DNA of 64,000 nt from Basidiobolus meristosporus CBS 931.73 (taxonomy: Eukaryota > Fungi > Basidiobolomycota). This document shows positions 13,003 through 24,124 of the stretch, piece by piece (positions within the stretch are counted from its first letter, which is position 1; every line of letters begins with the position of its first letter). Where the stretch lies: assembly GCA_002104905.1 (NCBI GenBank), contig MCFE01000079.1, positions 116,379-180,378 on the forward strand, written 5' to 3'. Below the pieces are notes generated by a model that had not been told where the DNA came from, did no database searches, and saw nothing but the letters and a program-made list of their open reading frames with translations. The translations under genes and the position numbers were made by a program.

Positions 13003-13689
13003 CTAATTAAAGAACTTGCGGGAAGGTGAGTGACCGAACAACATGTAACGGATATCGGGGAGCATTTGGTCCTTCAACAATTCCAAGCGAGATTCAAGGG
13101 TGTTGTGGCACTTGACACGACCCTCAAGGGATGACAAGATGACACCACCGTTGGAGTCCTTGGGAAGGAATTCGTTTTTGTCAATGGTCACATCGACGGT
13201 GGTGTTGAATGCCTTCTGGTACTCTTGTTGGGCTTCTTTAATGGCGTTCTCGACGATGGATACATCGGCTTGACGGCAAACAACGTTCACCTTCTTGTCC
13301 ATGAGTTGATAGAGACCTTGGAGAACCAAGTCCTTGATAAGAACTTGATAACTGCTCTTATCTTGAGAAACTGACTTGAGACGTTCAGTAGCTTCGGCAA
13401 AGAGATCGTTCAACAATTGTTGACGAGTAGCCAATAATTGGAGACGAGATTTGTTGATAACATTGGATTGGGCAATACGACGTTGAACGTCAGCTTGCTT
13501 TACTTTACGGTCAAAAGCAGTGTCAATGTTAATGGATTCTTGACGAATGAGCTTGGCCTTTTCGATGTTGAACTCTTCATCGGCCTTGACCTTTATCTCG
13601 CGAGCCTTCTCTTGGGCTTCTTGCTTGATGAAGGCCACCATCTTGTTCATCTCGTTGAGAACTTCTTGGTCGTTAAGAGGTCTGGACAT
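13003..13689 (-). CDS. VMA4: V-ATPase V1 subunit E, intronless
   Basis: MNKMVAFIKQEAQEKAREIKVKADEEFNIEKAKL...GGVIL...NTLESRL. Confidence 0.97.
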   Translation of the reverse strand: MSRPLNDQEVLNEMNKMVAFIKQEAQEKAREIKVKADEEFNIEKAKLIRQESINIDTAFDRKVKQADVQRRIAQSNVINKSRLQLLATRQQLLNDLFAEATERLKSVSQDKSSYQVLIKDLVLQGLYQLMDKKVNVVCRQADVSIVENAIKEAQQEYQKAFNTTVDVTIDKNEFLPKDSNGGVILSSLEGRVKCHNTLESRLELLKDQMLPDIRYMLFGHSPSRKFFN

Positions 13690-14574
13690 CTTCGCTGTTG
13701 AAAATTGCGTGTTAGGATTGTCCAGTAAAGTAAATCTTCTGTCTGGTCCAAAAAAATACCTTATTATACCGGGAATGGAGGGTGAGGGTAAAGAGTGTGA
13801 ACGGTGCGCTAAAATTTCTCAACTGCGTGAGGGCTTGTTAAAAGGACTTTGGCAGGGAAAATGATCTAGGTACATTGCCACAAATTATACTGAATAATAT
13901 TCAATATAGCCGGTTTACAGTATGTGGCGTGATTATTGGCCAATAAGAGAAATATACATGAGAATGGATAAATTCCTATATCCACCATGAGCGATATCAG
14001 GTGACTTAAAAATCACCTGAAGTTACGACAACCCTTCTCTAAACCAATCAAGTTGACGAGACCCAAGATATATCCACCACAGACGATAACGCCTGATTGA
14101 AAACCCCGTGATCCTTCTCCAAGGAAGCATTTTGGTTGCACAAAATAGAATCCCGAAAATTAAAGTTTTGACGAATAACCTTATTTTGCTGGCTCAAGTT
14201 GCCATAATAATCCGAACTTTATATGAGCTCAAGCAATACCCAGGACGAGCTTAAATGGATAGAGTAATAAATAGTAGATACTTCTGTTAATAGGTTAATA
14301 TAGGCCTTTTCGGAGGGGAATTGATTTACCATTAAAACGAATACTGATGGGTTTTGCTTTGTCCTCCGTATTTACAACTTGGCTAGTTGTCCATGTTGGA
14401 TGACGTCTCCTGTTGAATGAAGTACACAAGAGATCGTTGTTGGTTGTGTCAAAGTTTATTGGAAGCTGATCGATGCTTTGATTAGGTCTCTGCGGTGATT
14501 ATGGTGATTTCCATCAGATAACTCACATGGCATATAAATACATGCCAGCCAGAACGCCGGATTGAATTCTTCTG

Positions 14575-14859
14575 ATGTATTGCCACAGCTGTCGGAAAAT
14601 TAAACCTGAGGAGGATTTCTCGAAGTCACAGCGTGCGAAATATAATCCCTTGGGAGATGCGAATTCCTCGTCGAAAAGTAAACCGCCAAGCTGCAAATCG
14701 TGTACCCCCTCTAGCAATTCAGAGTTGACCTGTTCGCTTTGTGGGCAAACCAAAGGCCTTAAATGCTTTGCAAACAGTCAACGAAAATTCCGAGACCAGG
14801 CTAGATGTTTGGATTGTATGCAGACCTATATATTGAGGGTGAGGTGCAAAGGGCAATGA
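14575..14859 (+). CDS. Stc1-domain tandem zinc-finger protein
   Basis: Four CxxC pairs (CHSC, CKSC, CSLC, CLDC) with K.KP..DFS.SQ and EL.C..C...K.L..F..SQR spacing typical of the Stc1 domain; TATA-like catataaata at 14531. Confidence 0.7.
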   Translation: MYCHSCRKIKPEEDFSKSQRAKYNPLGDANSSSKSKPPSCKSCTPSSNSELTCSLCGQTKGLKCFANSQRKFRDQARCLDCMQTYILRVRCKGQ

Positions 14860-15179
14860 GCCTCAAATACGAAGAGGTTGCCGAGATGGCCGAATATCTT
14901 GATGAACGATGATCTACGGAGTTACATGCTAACTATCAAGTATGAGTATAGTCTACTCACCAGCGCGGTACAGCGCGAGTTTTATAAAGGTTGACATCAT
15001 CAAAGGCCGCTGAAACTGAATCCTCACTAAATGCTCTTTGCAGATTTGCTATGATAAATCAAATCAAATATCAACTTAAACAATGGCATGATATGAAGCA
15101 GTTAGAGAACCTTGTAGCCTAGTCCCTTTATAAACAGCACAATAAAACATCACGTACTCTTCATCTAGAGACTTCTATA

Positions 15180-16803
15180 ATGAATTCTCAACGACTCTCA
15201 CGATATCTTGCCGACTCTCAATTTCTAGATTCGAAGCACGCATTCATTCAGGAGTGGGTTCAACAACAATCCAAGCTTGCACAAAGCTATCAAACAAGCA
15301 ACAGGGAGGATGATAATAATGAAGAGCCACTTCCACCAATAGCCCCCAAAAGAAAGGATTTGGTCGGTAGTTTGAAAACAAAACAGGGCTCAATCATCAT
15401 CAGTTCATCAAGGTAGTGATCATTCAAGCACTCGTACCAGCTGAACAATATTGACATGGTATGTTAGGAAAAAGAGACATCGTGAAAGAAAAGAGAAGAA
15501 TCGTGGTCATCAAATAACTCAAGGTTTGTCCGTCAAGCCATTTATTAGCTGTCTCTGCCTAATAGTACATGATGTGGTATAGAGATAGCTGCCAACCAAA
15601 ACTCCAATGTATCCAAGGAGCCTAGAGTGGATATATCAAAGGGTATGATTTTAGGCTACTACTAGAACTGGCTCTAACACCACCAAAAAATACCTTTATA
15701 TAGCGAGTAAACATGCTAAGGAGAGGAACGGTCACCAACAAGAGAAAGCAGGCAATCCTCAGCAGGCTAATGGTGTGCTAAAGGTCATTCATGTAATACA
15801 AGTAATATCTCTCTCAGTCCTCTGACTTTGATACAGAAATACTCTTCGGACAAAGTTACAAAAGACCGGGTGACAGTAGATATTCTTTATTATCATGGCT
15901 AATCTTGATAGTATATGTAATTTAAATATAATATCAGCTACAATTCACACCCGCGAAATCAAACACATTGGGTATCTTCAACAAAGGAAAGGCCTCCCAG
16001 AAGATAAAAACCGGTGGTAACTACATGCTTGTAACTTGATATTGATTGAAATTAACTAGACATCGTTTAGTATCTCGATTAGCGTTCTCAGAAAGTAGAT
16101 TCCTCAATGGACAATCTCTAGCATCAACAGATCCAAAAGCCCCGGCTAAGAACTCACATTGGAGGGCGGATTCACCTCAGGAGCGCAACTCAGATTCAAC
16201 AGAAATCATGGTTGAAGAGGAATCTGCCTCTACTACTTCCAAATCCCTTGGACTAAAGATTGATCATTCCGGAAGTCAGCACTCCTGTCCAAAGACAAGA
16301 ATACATGACGAATTGGTACCTGATAGTCAACCCAGGACGGCAAGTACCGAGAAGGAAAACAATTCGGAGTCTGTGATGATCCTTCAAGTAGATGGTAAAC
16401 TGAGATCAAAATGGAATACAAAGTCAAATCCGGCTCTTTCAGACAAGGAGCAATCAAGTGAGTTCTTGGAGCCAAAACGGCATTTCATAAATACACATAC
16501 TTAATCACCGTTTGGAAATCTTACTTGGTCCATAGATACAAAGGTTGGTTACGAGATCATATATATATATATATGCCGATTGACACAGCAATTATAAATT
16601 CGAAATAGGATGGAGAAGCTGTTCAAAGCGAAGGTAGCAATTTATCCCCCTCACTTCTCCTACTAATGGAGGAATGTGAGCATGGAGAAATACTATCACC
16701 TGCCAGACGATCTGCCTATGTTGAAGCCGATAAACTCGATGTTCTTCTAGCTGAGATATCAAGCGGCTCTCACACGTGGGATGAGGAGTGGGTTATTGCT
16801 TAG
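15180..16803 (+). CDS. Hypothetical low-complexity protein, exon structure unresolved
   Basis: Same-strand ORF pieces at 15180-15416, 16046-16504 and ~16607-16803 with Ser/Glu-rich composition; no family recognised. Confidence 0.3.
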
Positions 16804-17492
16804 TACCAGTCATTTTCAACTAATATTAATTAGCAGCAGCAAAGTGGCAGTTAATTATGAAGATGAGCAATTACAATGTGAGGGTGAAGGTGAAGTATGA
16901 CCCCAATATGATGAAAAATGTACCTATAAACTTACCATCCCAACCACAATAGAGCTGAGTAACATACACGAAGAACACGATCCTGGTACAATTCTTATAT
17001 TCTGACACAACAAACAAGAGATCAAGCATAACTTTTATAGACCAAGAATTTTTGTCATCTGGATACTCCTATACAGAAAGATCGCCTTTTCTGAATCCGT
17101 GCTCAGACTTGGACACCACTCTATCCACCTTGGAGCCCAGCAAATCTCAACGCCACTGGAAACCATACCGCTTACACTAATGTTCCCTTCTAAATTCACC
17201 GCTGATAGAGACTATGCTTTTTTGCTTTTTGGAAATATTCTTCTTGCCGCATTCATTTGTTCAGTTTTCAACTTGTCGATTATCAACAGCCAGTTTATTT
17301 AAGGCGCATGTTGCACGACATTCTTCTTCACCCAGCTGATGGCTGATACTGTGATGAGAATGCAGATAACGAATAATTCAATTGCACATTGAATCCAAAT
17401 AAATCATCAGAATTTTGAACTCTAACATTTACACTTATCACAGCATATGCACCGTGCTCGAAACATGCGAATATATAATAGGCCCTAAAGTC

Positions 17493-18075
17493 TCACTCCT
17501 CCTTCTTTTTCGGCTGTGCGGTTTCTTGTTGACCCATTAGAATAGAACCAACCGCGATTAGACTAGCTCCGCACCACCACTTCAAGCTCAATGGCTCACC
17601 AAAGACCACATGGCCACAAAAAGCCTTAGAAGAAATTAATAAGGAAGCATAATTCAGACTGTAACAAAACGATACATACAGTGGTACAGAAGTTGGTAAC
17701 ACTGTTGAGAACAGTTACTTGAACAGAAGATTTCGAGGAATTCAGAGCTTTGGTAAACATGGTCCACATAAGGGCGTTGCATAAGAATATTCCACCAAGA
17801 CACAGGCCCCGAATAATCAGATATACCTACCAATTCCGAAGACGCGAATAAACATGAGTGAACTGGAGGAGCTTGGGCAAGGTAAGTCGACTTACGAGAT
17901 TGTCCTCTTGGCCGAGATACTCGGAAACTTCAAGACCAAAGGTTTGGCATCCTAGACGATAAAGACTCTCGGCAAGCACTATGGTCCGTGCGTCCACCGT
18001 AAGCTTTGCAAAGAGGGAAGCCAGCGCGGCAAACGAACCAGCAGCCACCGCCAATAAGTTTGAACTAACAGCCAT
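17493..18075 (-). CDS. TMEM42: TMEM42-like small multidrug/EamA-fold membrane protein, 3 exons
   Basis: LAVAAGSFAALASLFAKL; CNALMWTMFTKAL..S.SSVQVTVLNSVTNF; G.VVFGEPLSLKWWCGASLI..G; an upstream in-frame ATG at 18186 is also possible. Confidence 0.85.
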
Positions 18076-18944
18076 AATAGCAGCGAAGGTGGTGAACAGC
18101 CCATGGTAAATTTCACTGGCAAAATAATCATGGGAATCTTCCTGCCCGACTCCATTGACAGAATAACCATGGGAATCATGGCTCATTTGATTGCTGGATG
18201 AATACGCACAGATCGGTCAATAAATTAGTGCACAGGATTTCAACGAGCCTGCAGTTACATATCAAACAATGCCTAACAACTGCAGCTGAAGCGGACAATA
18301 TAGGGAACCTGTTCTGAGGTGGTAAATTATATGAACCCTAGGCTTGGGCGCTTCACAGATATTGTCCTAACAAATCTTAGATCTCGAATGTTACCCAAAG
18401 TATATGAGGTTTATTACAATATGCCGTACATATTCGATTACATCCAGTGCCGACATGACGTTGATTTGAAGATCCATTCACAGGTACTCCTAATCATGGC
18501 ACGCAGCGATTACTGATTGGTCATAATCCAGGCCATTTCGAGCAAACCACCCAGAATCGAGCGGTTTGCGCTAATAGTTGCTCGAAATGAGTGGTTTTTT
18601 GCGGTGACCAATATGGTGATGAAATCACAAAACAAGCCTACCACAACCCCCTACCGAAAATAATCGGGAATGTATCTGAGCGGAAAGTAGAGGTTGCCAT
18701 CCTGAAATTTTATTCCTTATTTTCCACCAGACCCCTTGGTATTTGTGGAACCTTGCCTGCGTTCATCCTAATTTTTTAATAAGCTCTTCTTTTTTTGGGT
18801 TCGCACTTTGGAACCTTGCTACATATACACCAAGAAGCCTATTCTGTTTTAGTATAGTCACTGCTCTTTATCTCAGTCTTGGAAAGATTTCTGGCAATTT
18901 TTACTGACCGTTGAAAGATCTTTCTATTTAATTCCTAATAAAAT

Positions 18945-20739
18945 ATGGATTTCAGAGTTGGCAACAAATACAGGCTCGGTAGGAAGATTGGGTCAGGCTC
19001 TTTTGGGGAAATCTATCTTGGTAAGTTCGCAACCCGTATGTCGTCTAGAGTGTAGAATGTCCCGTTCGCATTCCTTTTGTCCCATACTCCCCCCCCATCC
19101 ACTTCACGCCCAATGCATCCTGACAAGCATCCCACGAGTCCCTTTTTGCTCCTCTGCTCCTCTAGCAAGCCATATGCTCTACATACTAAACCGCGGTTTT
19201 CTAACAAAGTGAATCCCTCTTGTTTTTGTAGGAACCAACATCATTAGCGGTGAAGAGGTGGCCATCAAACTCGAGTCAGTCAAAGCTCGCCATCCACAGC
19301 TTGAATATGAGGCGAAGGTGTACAAATCGTTGGCCGGTGGAGTCGGTATTCCTTTCGTACGCCACTTCGGAGTCGAGATGGATTTCAACTGCATGGTGAT
19401 TGATCTGCTTGGTCCCTCCCTGGAAGATTTGTTCAATTTTTGCTCGCGGAAATTCTCCCTTAAAACAGTGCTCCTTCTGGCCGATCAACTGGTAAAGCCT
19501 CGGCCATCAGTAAGAATGTCCATTGCTGTGTACTCATCCGGACCCTCCCGCTAGATCTCCCGCATCGAGTATATCCACTCCAAAAACTTCATCCACCGAG
19601 ACATCAAGCCCGACAATTTCTTGATGGGAATCGGAAAATGGGCCAACCATGTGAACGTTATTGACTTCGGCCTGGCCAAGAAATACCGCGATCCTAGAAC
19701 CCATCTCCATATTCCCTACAGAGAGAACAAGAACTTGACGGGCACTGCTCGCTATGCCAGTATCAATACCCATCTCGGCGTAGGTTAGTATTTGCATTTC
19801 CTATCCATCGGAGCGAAGACTGATGAATTCCGCTGCAGAGCAATCTAGACGCGATGACTTGGAATCCCTCGGATATGTCATGATGTACTTCCTCCGTGGA
19901 TCCCTTCCGTGGCAGGGACTCAAAGCGGCCACCAAAAAGCAGAAGTACGACAGAATCATGGAGAAGAAGATGACCACCCCTACGGAGCTTCTCTGCCGAA
20001 ACTTCCCCAACGAGTTTTCCATCTATCTGAACTACACCCGCAGCCTTCGCTTCGACGACAAACCGGACTACAGCTACTTGAGAAAGCTCTTCCGCGACCT
20101 GTTCGTTCGTGAGGGATTCCAGTATGATTACGTTTTCGACTGGACCATCCTTGAGAAGGTAAGTTTCGTCTGCATCCTTCCTCGATAGGCGCGGAGTATT
20201 CACCCGATTCACAGGAAAAGAAGTCCAAGTCACAGACGGGTGAGGGCCGCACCCAGAGTGGGGATGCGGATCCTTCGGCCTCTCAAAACGTGGTAAGTGC
20301 GCCGATCCTCAACTCCCCTGATGTGCTCCACGTTACTTAATCCGTTGGCATGGTTAGCGCGGCGAAGATCGCCAGATGAGCTCCACTCGAATTAGCCAAG
20401 CACCCGAGGGGAGCAGCTTCCGCCGCAGCTCTCGTCTAAGCCCGGCAAACCCATCGTCTGCCTCCAGGACCCCAGGAATCACTTCAGGCATCGCCGCAGG
20501 GAATTCTTCAATGCGCGTCCCAACCGGATTCCGCCGTAAAGTGATCAATGGTGAGGAGTCGGACCCTAGAGGCAAACCTGGAGCTAGCGACCGGGTGTAA
20601 GTAAACGCCAACCGTATTCGTCACGTATCTTATTCTCGCAACCACTTGTAGACTCCGAAGTAACTATAGACCACCGACCGACGCCCAGGATTTTAATTCT
20701 CCTGCCCGTCTTGACAGGTCCCATGGTTATCGTGGATAA
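18945..20739 (+). CDS. HRR25: Casein kinase I (Hrr25/CK1 delta-epsilon type), multi-exon
   Basis: [61 protein letters not shown]; the last exon depends on an intron at ~20598-20652, otherwise stop at 20600. Confidence 0.93.
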
Positions 20740-21194
20740 AGTTCTAATTTCTTTTCTTTGTATAATGTGGAATAAACTCGTTCGGTTCTTTTTTTTTCGT
20801 TAAAGTAGCTATCGTTGGTTCGACAATCCTACCTATTCCCCCCTCTTTTACCTCATTTTTTACATCCATGACCTGCGCCACACTGGGGACCAGAGCCTAG
20901 ATCTGGTGGTACTTGCTCCAACCCACGGGCCGTTGCGCATTACAGGAATAACCACCCACTACCCCCACCACCTATCACCACCCACCGACCCATCTGTTCA
21001 CCAGAATATTTATTATTGGGAAATTTCTAACCTTACCTATGAGATACATGCAACTCAATAAATTCCTATTTAATGACGATCTCGCAATTTCGGATGTAAA
21101 CAATGGACGACGGACCATCATCATCGTTATCATTATATAACTTGGTCCGGAATCTCCACCCACCCCAGAGCTTGACTGTCTTCCCATCGCCAGT

Positions 21195-21913
21195 ATGGTA
21201 CGTATCCTTCCGCCGGCTGCACTCGGTTACTGTTACTCCAACTGATGCACTTCCCTCCCCCACTAGTCAGCAAGGATTATGAAAAAAAAGAAGAGGGCAG
21301 TTCGCCAGAACTCCAACGTATTCGCCATCTTCGACCAGAAACAGATTGCAGAGTTCAAAGAGGCGTTCTCCATGATCGACCATGACTCCGACGGGTTCAT
21401 CGACAAGGAAGACCTGAAGGACATGCTGTTCCACCTAGGTAGGCTCCTTTTTGGTCATCTGGGCGTCGAGCTCGGTCGTCTCCGCTCGGAGGCTACACCT
21501 GTGCTTGCATACTGACCCCTGGTCCATAGGACAAACCCACTCCGACCAGGATATCGAGAACATGATCAACGAAGCACCCGGAAGTATCAACTTCACCATG
21601 TTCCTAACCTTGATGGGGGAGAAGCTCAGCGGCACCGATCCCGAGCACGATATACTGACGGCGTTCGAGTGCTTCGACGATAGTCGCACCGGGTACATCA
21701 ACGCCGACGAGCTCCGCGAATTCCTCACGTCTCTAGGGGACCGGTTCACCGACGAAGAGGTAACTTGCTGCTGAACCCCTCGGTATACCAGCTTCTAGTT
21801 GAGTAACACTTCCCCTCCCGTAGGTTGACATCATGTACAAGGGACCATTCATAGACCACAAAAACAACTTCAATTATCGGGAGTTTGTTCGTCTCCTGAA
21901 GCACGGAGAATAA
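21195..21913 (+). CDS. RLC1: Myosin II regulatory light chain (EF-hand)
   Basis: ATG|intron|[46 protein letters not shown]; [14 protein letters not shown]; [13 protein letters not shown]. Confidence 0.92.
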
Positions 21914-22046
21914 GCTAGTCAATGATAGAACAAGCGGATGTAAATAAGCGCACAATAAATTGGTTTATTCGTAAATATAACGTAGGTGAATACAGAGGAG
22001 GTGGTATATCTTGGGAGATCATGGAAACCTCGGGCATGCCGTGCCC

Positions 22047-22340
22047 TTAGTAGTAGGTGTCCACTGCTTCGTTGTTGGCCAACAGTTCAAACGGAATGCC
22101 ACCACTGCTTCCGAAGACATCTTTCCCGACGTCCCTTAGTGGTTCGTTGCTTCCGGCCAAGTCACAATTGCTCCCCCCTTCACCCCCATCCATCCAGTCC
22201 AGTGGCACCTGGTCTGCCGCATCCCTCCACCGGGCGGTGCTTGGCGGAATCGATTGCTCCTGGGGAATCACCAACCCTTGAGCAACCTGTAGTAGTATCA
22301 AGAGCAGTCCGTAAATCAATACTGAGCGTGTCGATCTCAT
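22047..22340 (-). CDS. Small secreted orphan protein
   Basis: 97-aa ORF with signal peptide (VLIYGLLLILLQVAQG), TATA-like tatataaagg upstream on the minus strand, convergent with RLC. Confidence 0.5.
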   Translation of the reverse strand: MRSTRSVLIYGLLLILLQVAQGLVIPQEQSIPPSTARWRDAADQVPLDWMDGGEGGSNCDLAGSNEPLRDVGKDVFGSSGGIPFELLANNEAVDTYY

Positions 22341-22641
22341 GTTAACGCAGATCACATCCTAGACGGACTCCTTTATATACGGTGGAGCGAGGGCCGACGA
22401 ATATTTCCGAGCCCGAAACCCTCACAACGAACGTTGTTGACGGAGAGTTTGACTTATTTACCCAGCGTGCACCGAGCATCATCCAGGATCAATGCGGGCG
22501 TGGGGGATTTGTAGGGTTAGGTTAGTGGAGATCATGCTGCTAAACAAGGCAAAATCTTTGATTGATTTTTTTTTGTCATTCCGTTGCGGATTTAGTGGGA
22601 GATTCGGCATCATGATTGCGCATCTCTGGTTTCGGTAAAAC

Positions 22642-23224
22642 ATGGCACCAACTAACGAAGAGAAGCCTACCCAAGACCCTAAGAAGGCTGGTAGCGGCGA
22701 GGATGAGGAAGAGGTGGTGGATGAAAAGGGGGCATCCGGACAAGCCAGCAAGGACATGCAGAACGTGAGCAAGTACATTGCTGATTTCGATTCTGGGGTT
22801 GATAAGAATAAGCTTGATGAGGTGAAGTATTGATACTATGGGTTCAATCGTTCGAAGAAAACGGCCCATTGACTTTTGTCTATTTAGATCGTCTCCTCCC
22901 TAAGTGCGATCAACAAGAAGCAAAAGGACGAGGCTGCCAGCAAGTAAGTTGTTTCCTCGTACGGCCCCTCCTACAATCCGAATTTACCCTAACTTTTCGG
23001 AACCGCTTCAGATCTAAGGAGCAAGAGAAAATCGCCCTCCCCAAAGAAGAAATAGAGCTTGTGGTATGTATCCCGCAACTCGCCGGTTTGGCCAGAACCT
23101 GAGTGTTTACTAATGTCGTGGTTTCCAGATGAAGGAATTCGATCTCTCCAAGCCAGCCGCCGAGAAGGCCCTCCGTGATAATGCCGGGGACCTGGAGAAG
23201 ACTTTGAAGGCTTTGCTCGCCTAG
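22642..23224 (+). CDS. HYPK: HYPK-like protein (NatA regulator with C-terminal UBA-like domain)
   Basis: Acidic N-terminus, KDMQNVSKY, C-terminal I.L.KEEIELVM.EFDLSKPAAEKALRDNAGDLEKTLKALL. Confidence 0.85.
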
Positions 23225-23463
23225 CTTGCTTGGCACCGAAATAAATCACGTCAATATACCAGCTTTAAAACATTTTCACGGTTGTAATAAAGAGCGAGTA
23301 TGAATGCTCTCCATGACCAAGTTATATTACATATATTTTTATTCTATTTGTCTATTCGGTGACGTTGGGTCATACTTGAATATGTGGTTGATTAACTAAT
23401 GGGGAGTATTCGTGAATATGGCTTCCTGAAAGAAAGCGGTGGAAGCTCGACAACCTTTTCAAC

Positions 23464-23795
23464 TTAACGACGGCTACGCTCGAGAGCTGGAAAGAAAAGA
23501 TTAACCATCGGTCCGATATGCCGTGACCAGGAATAGAGAACTTACGGTTGTAGTGTAGAAGTTTCTCGATAAGATCTACGTGGGTGAGCACCATTCTTCT
23601 GCAGCAGTATCTCTTCAAGCCGAGGGCATCCATGGCTTCACTGTAGAAGCAAAAGGGTAAATAAAGAGCACTGGTTTGGTGATGCCAACAATGAACATAC
23701 CCTTCGGTGTAATCGGATTGCAAAAGACTTAGGTAATTGTCCCACTTGTTGCCAATGACTTTACCGCATGTGAAGCATCTAACTGGAATGATCAT
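23464..23795 (-). CDS. RPB10: RNA polymerase I/II/III subunit RPABC5, 3 exons
   Basis: [18 protein letters not shown]...[29 protein letters not shown]. Confidence 0.97.
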
Positions 23796-23882
23796 GGTGT
23801 AGCTATTGGAGTGTGTCAACCAAAAACAAGTACAAAACACCCAACTCGAGTATTCTTTTAGGGAAAAAAAGTTTGACGGGAG

Positions 23883-23890
23883 GTCACGTG
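23883..23890. promoter_or_regulatory. GTCACGTG E-box (Cbf1/bHLH-type) in the divergent RPB10/UTP17 promoter
   Basis: Exact octamer within a ~330 bp divergent intergenic region; the same octamer is at 7229-7236 upstream of RPS18. Confidence 0.4.
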
Positions 23891-24124
23891 CAAGGGGGGG
23901 GACGGTTATATTCACAACAAAAAAATGTAGGAAAAGAATCGGACATGGAAAGGCACAATACAGTATCTTGGATGATGGGTTCCAATCAGTTTTTTTTCTT
24001 TTTTTTCCCGCAATGTCGATGATGGTGGATTTTTTTTTCCTAGCAGGGAGAAAACAACATATTCATCCGGGTGGGAGAGGTAACTAAAGTTGACTAGTTT
24101 TGGTAAACAGACAACTTTGGCAAA

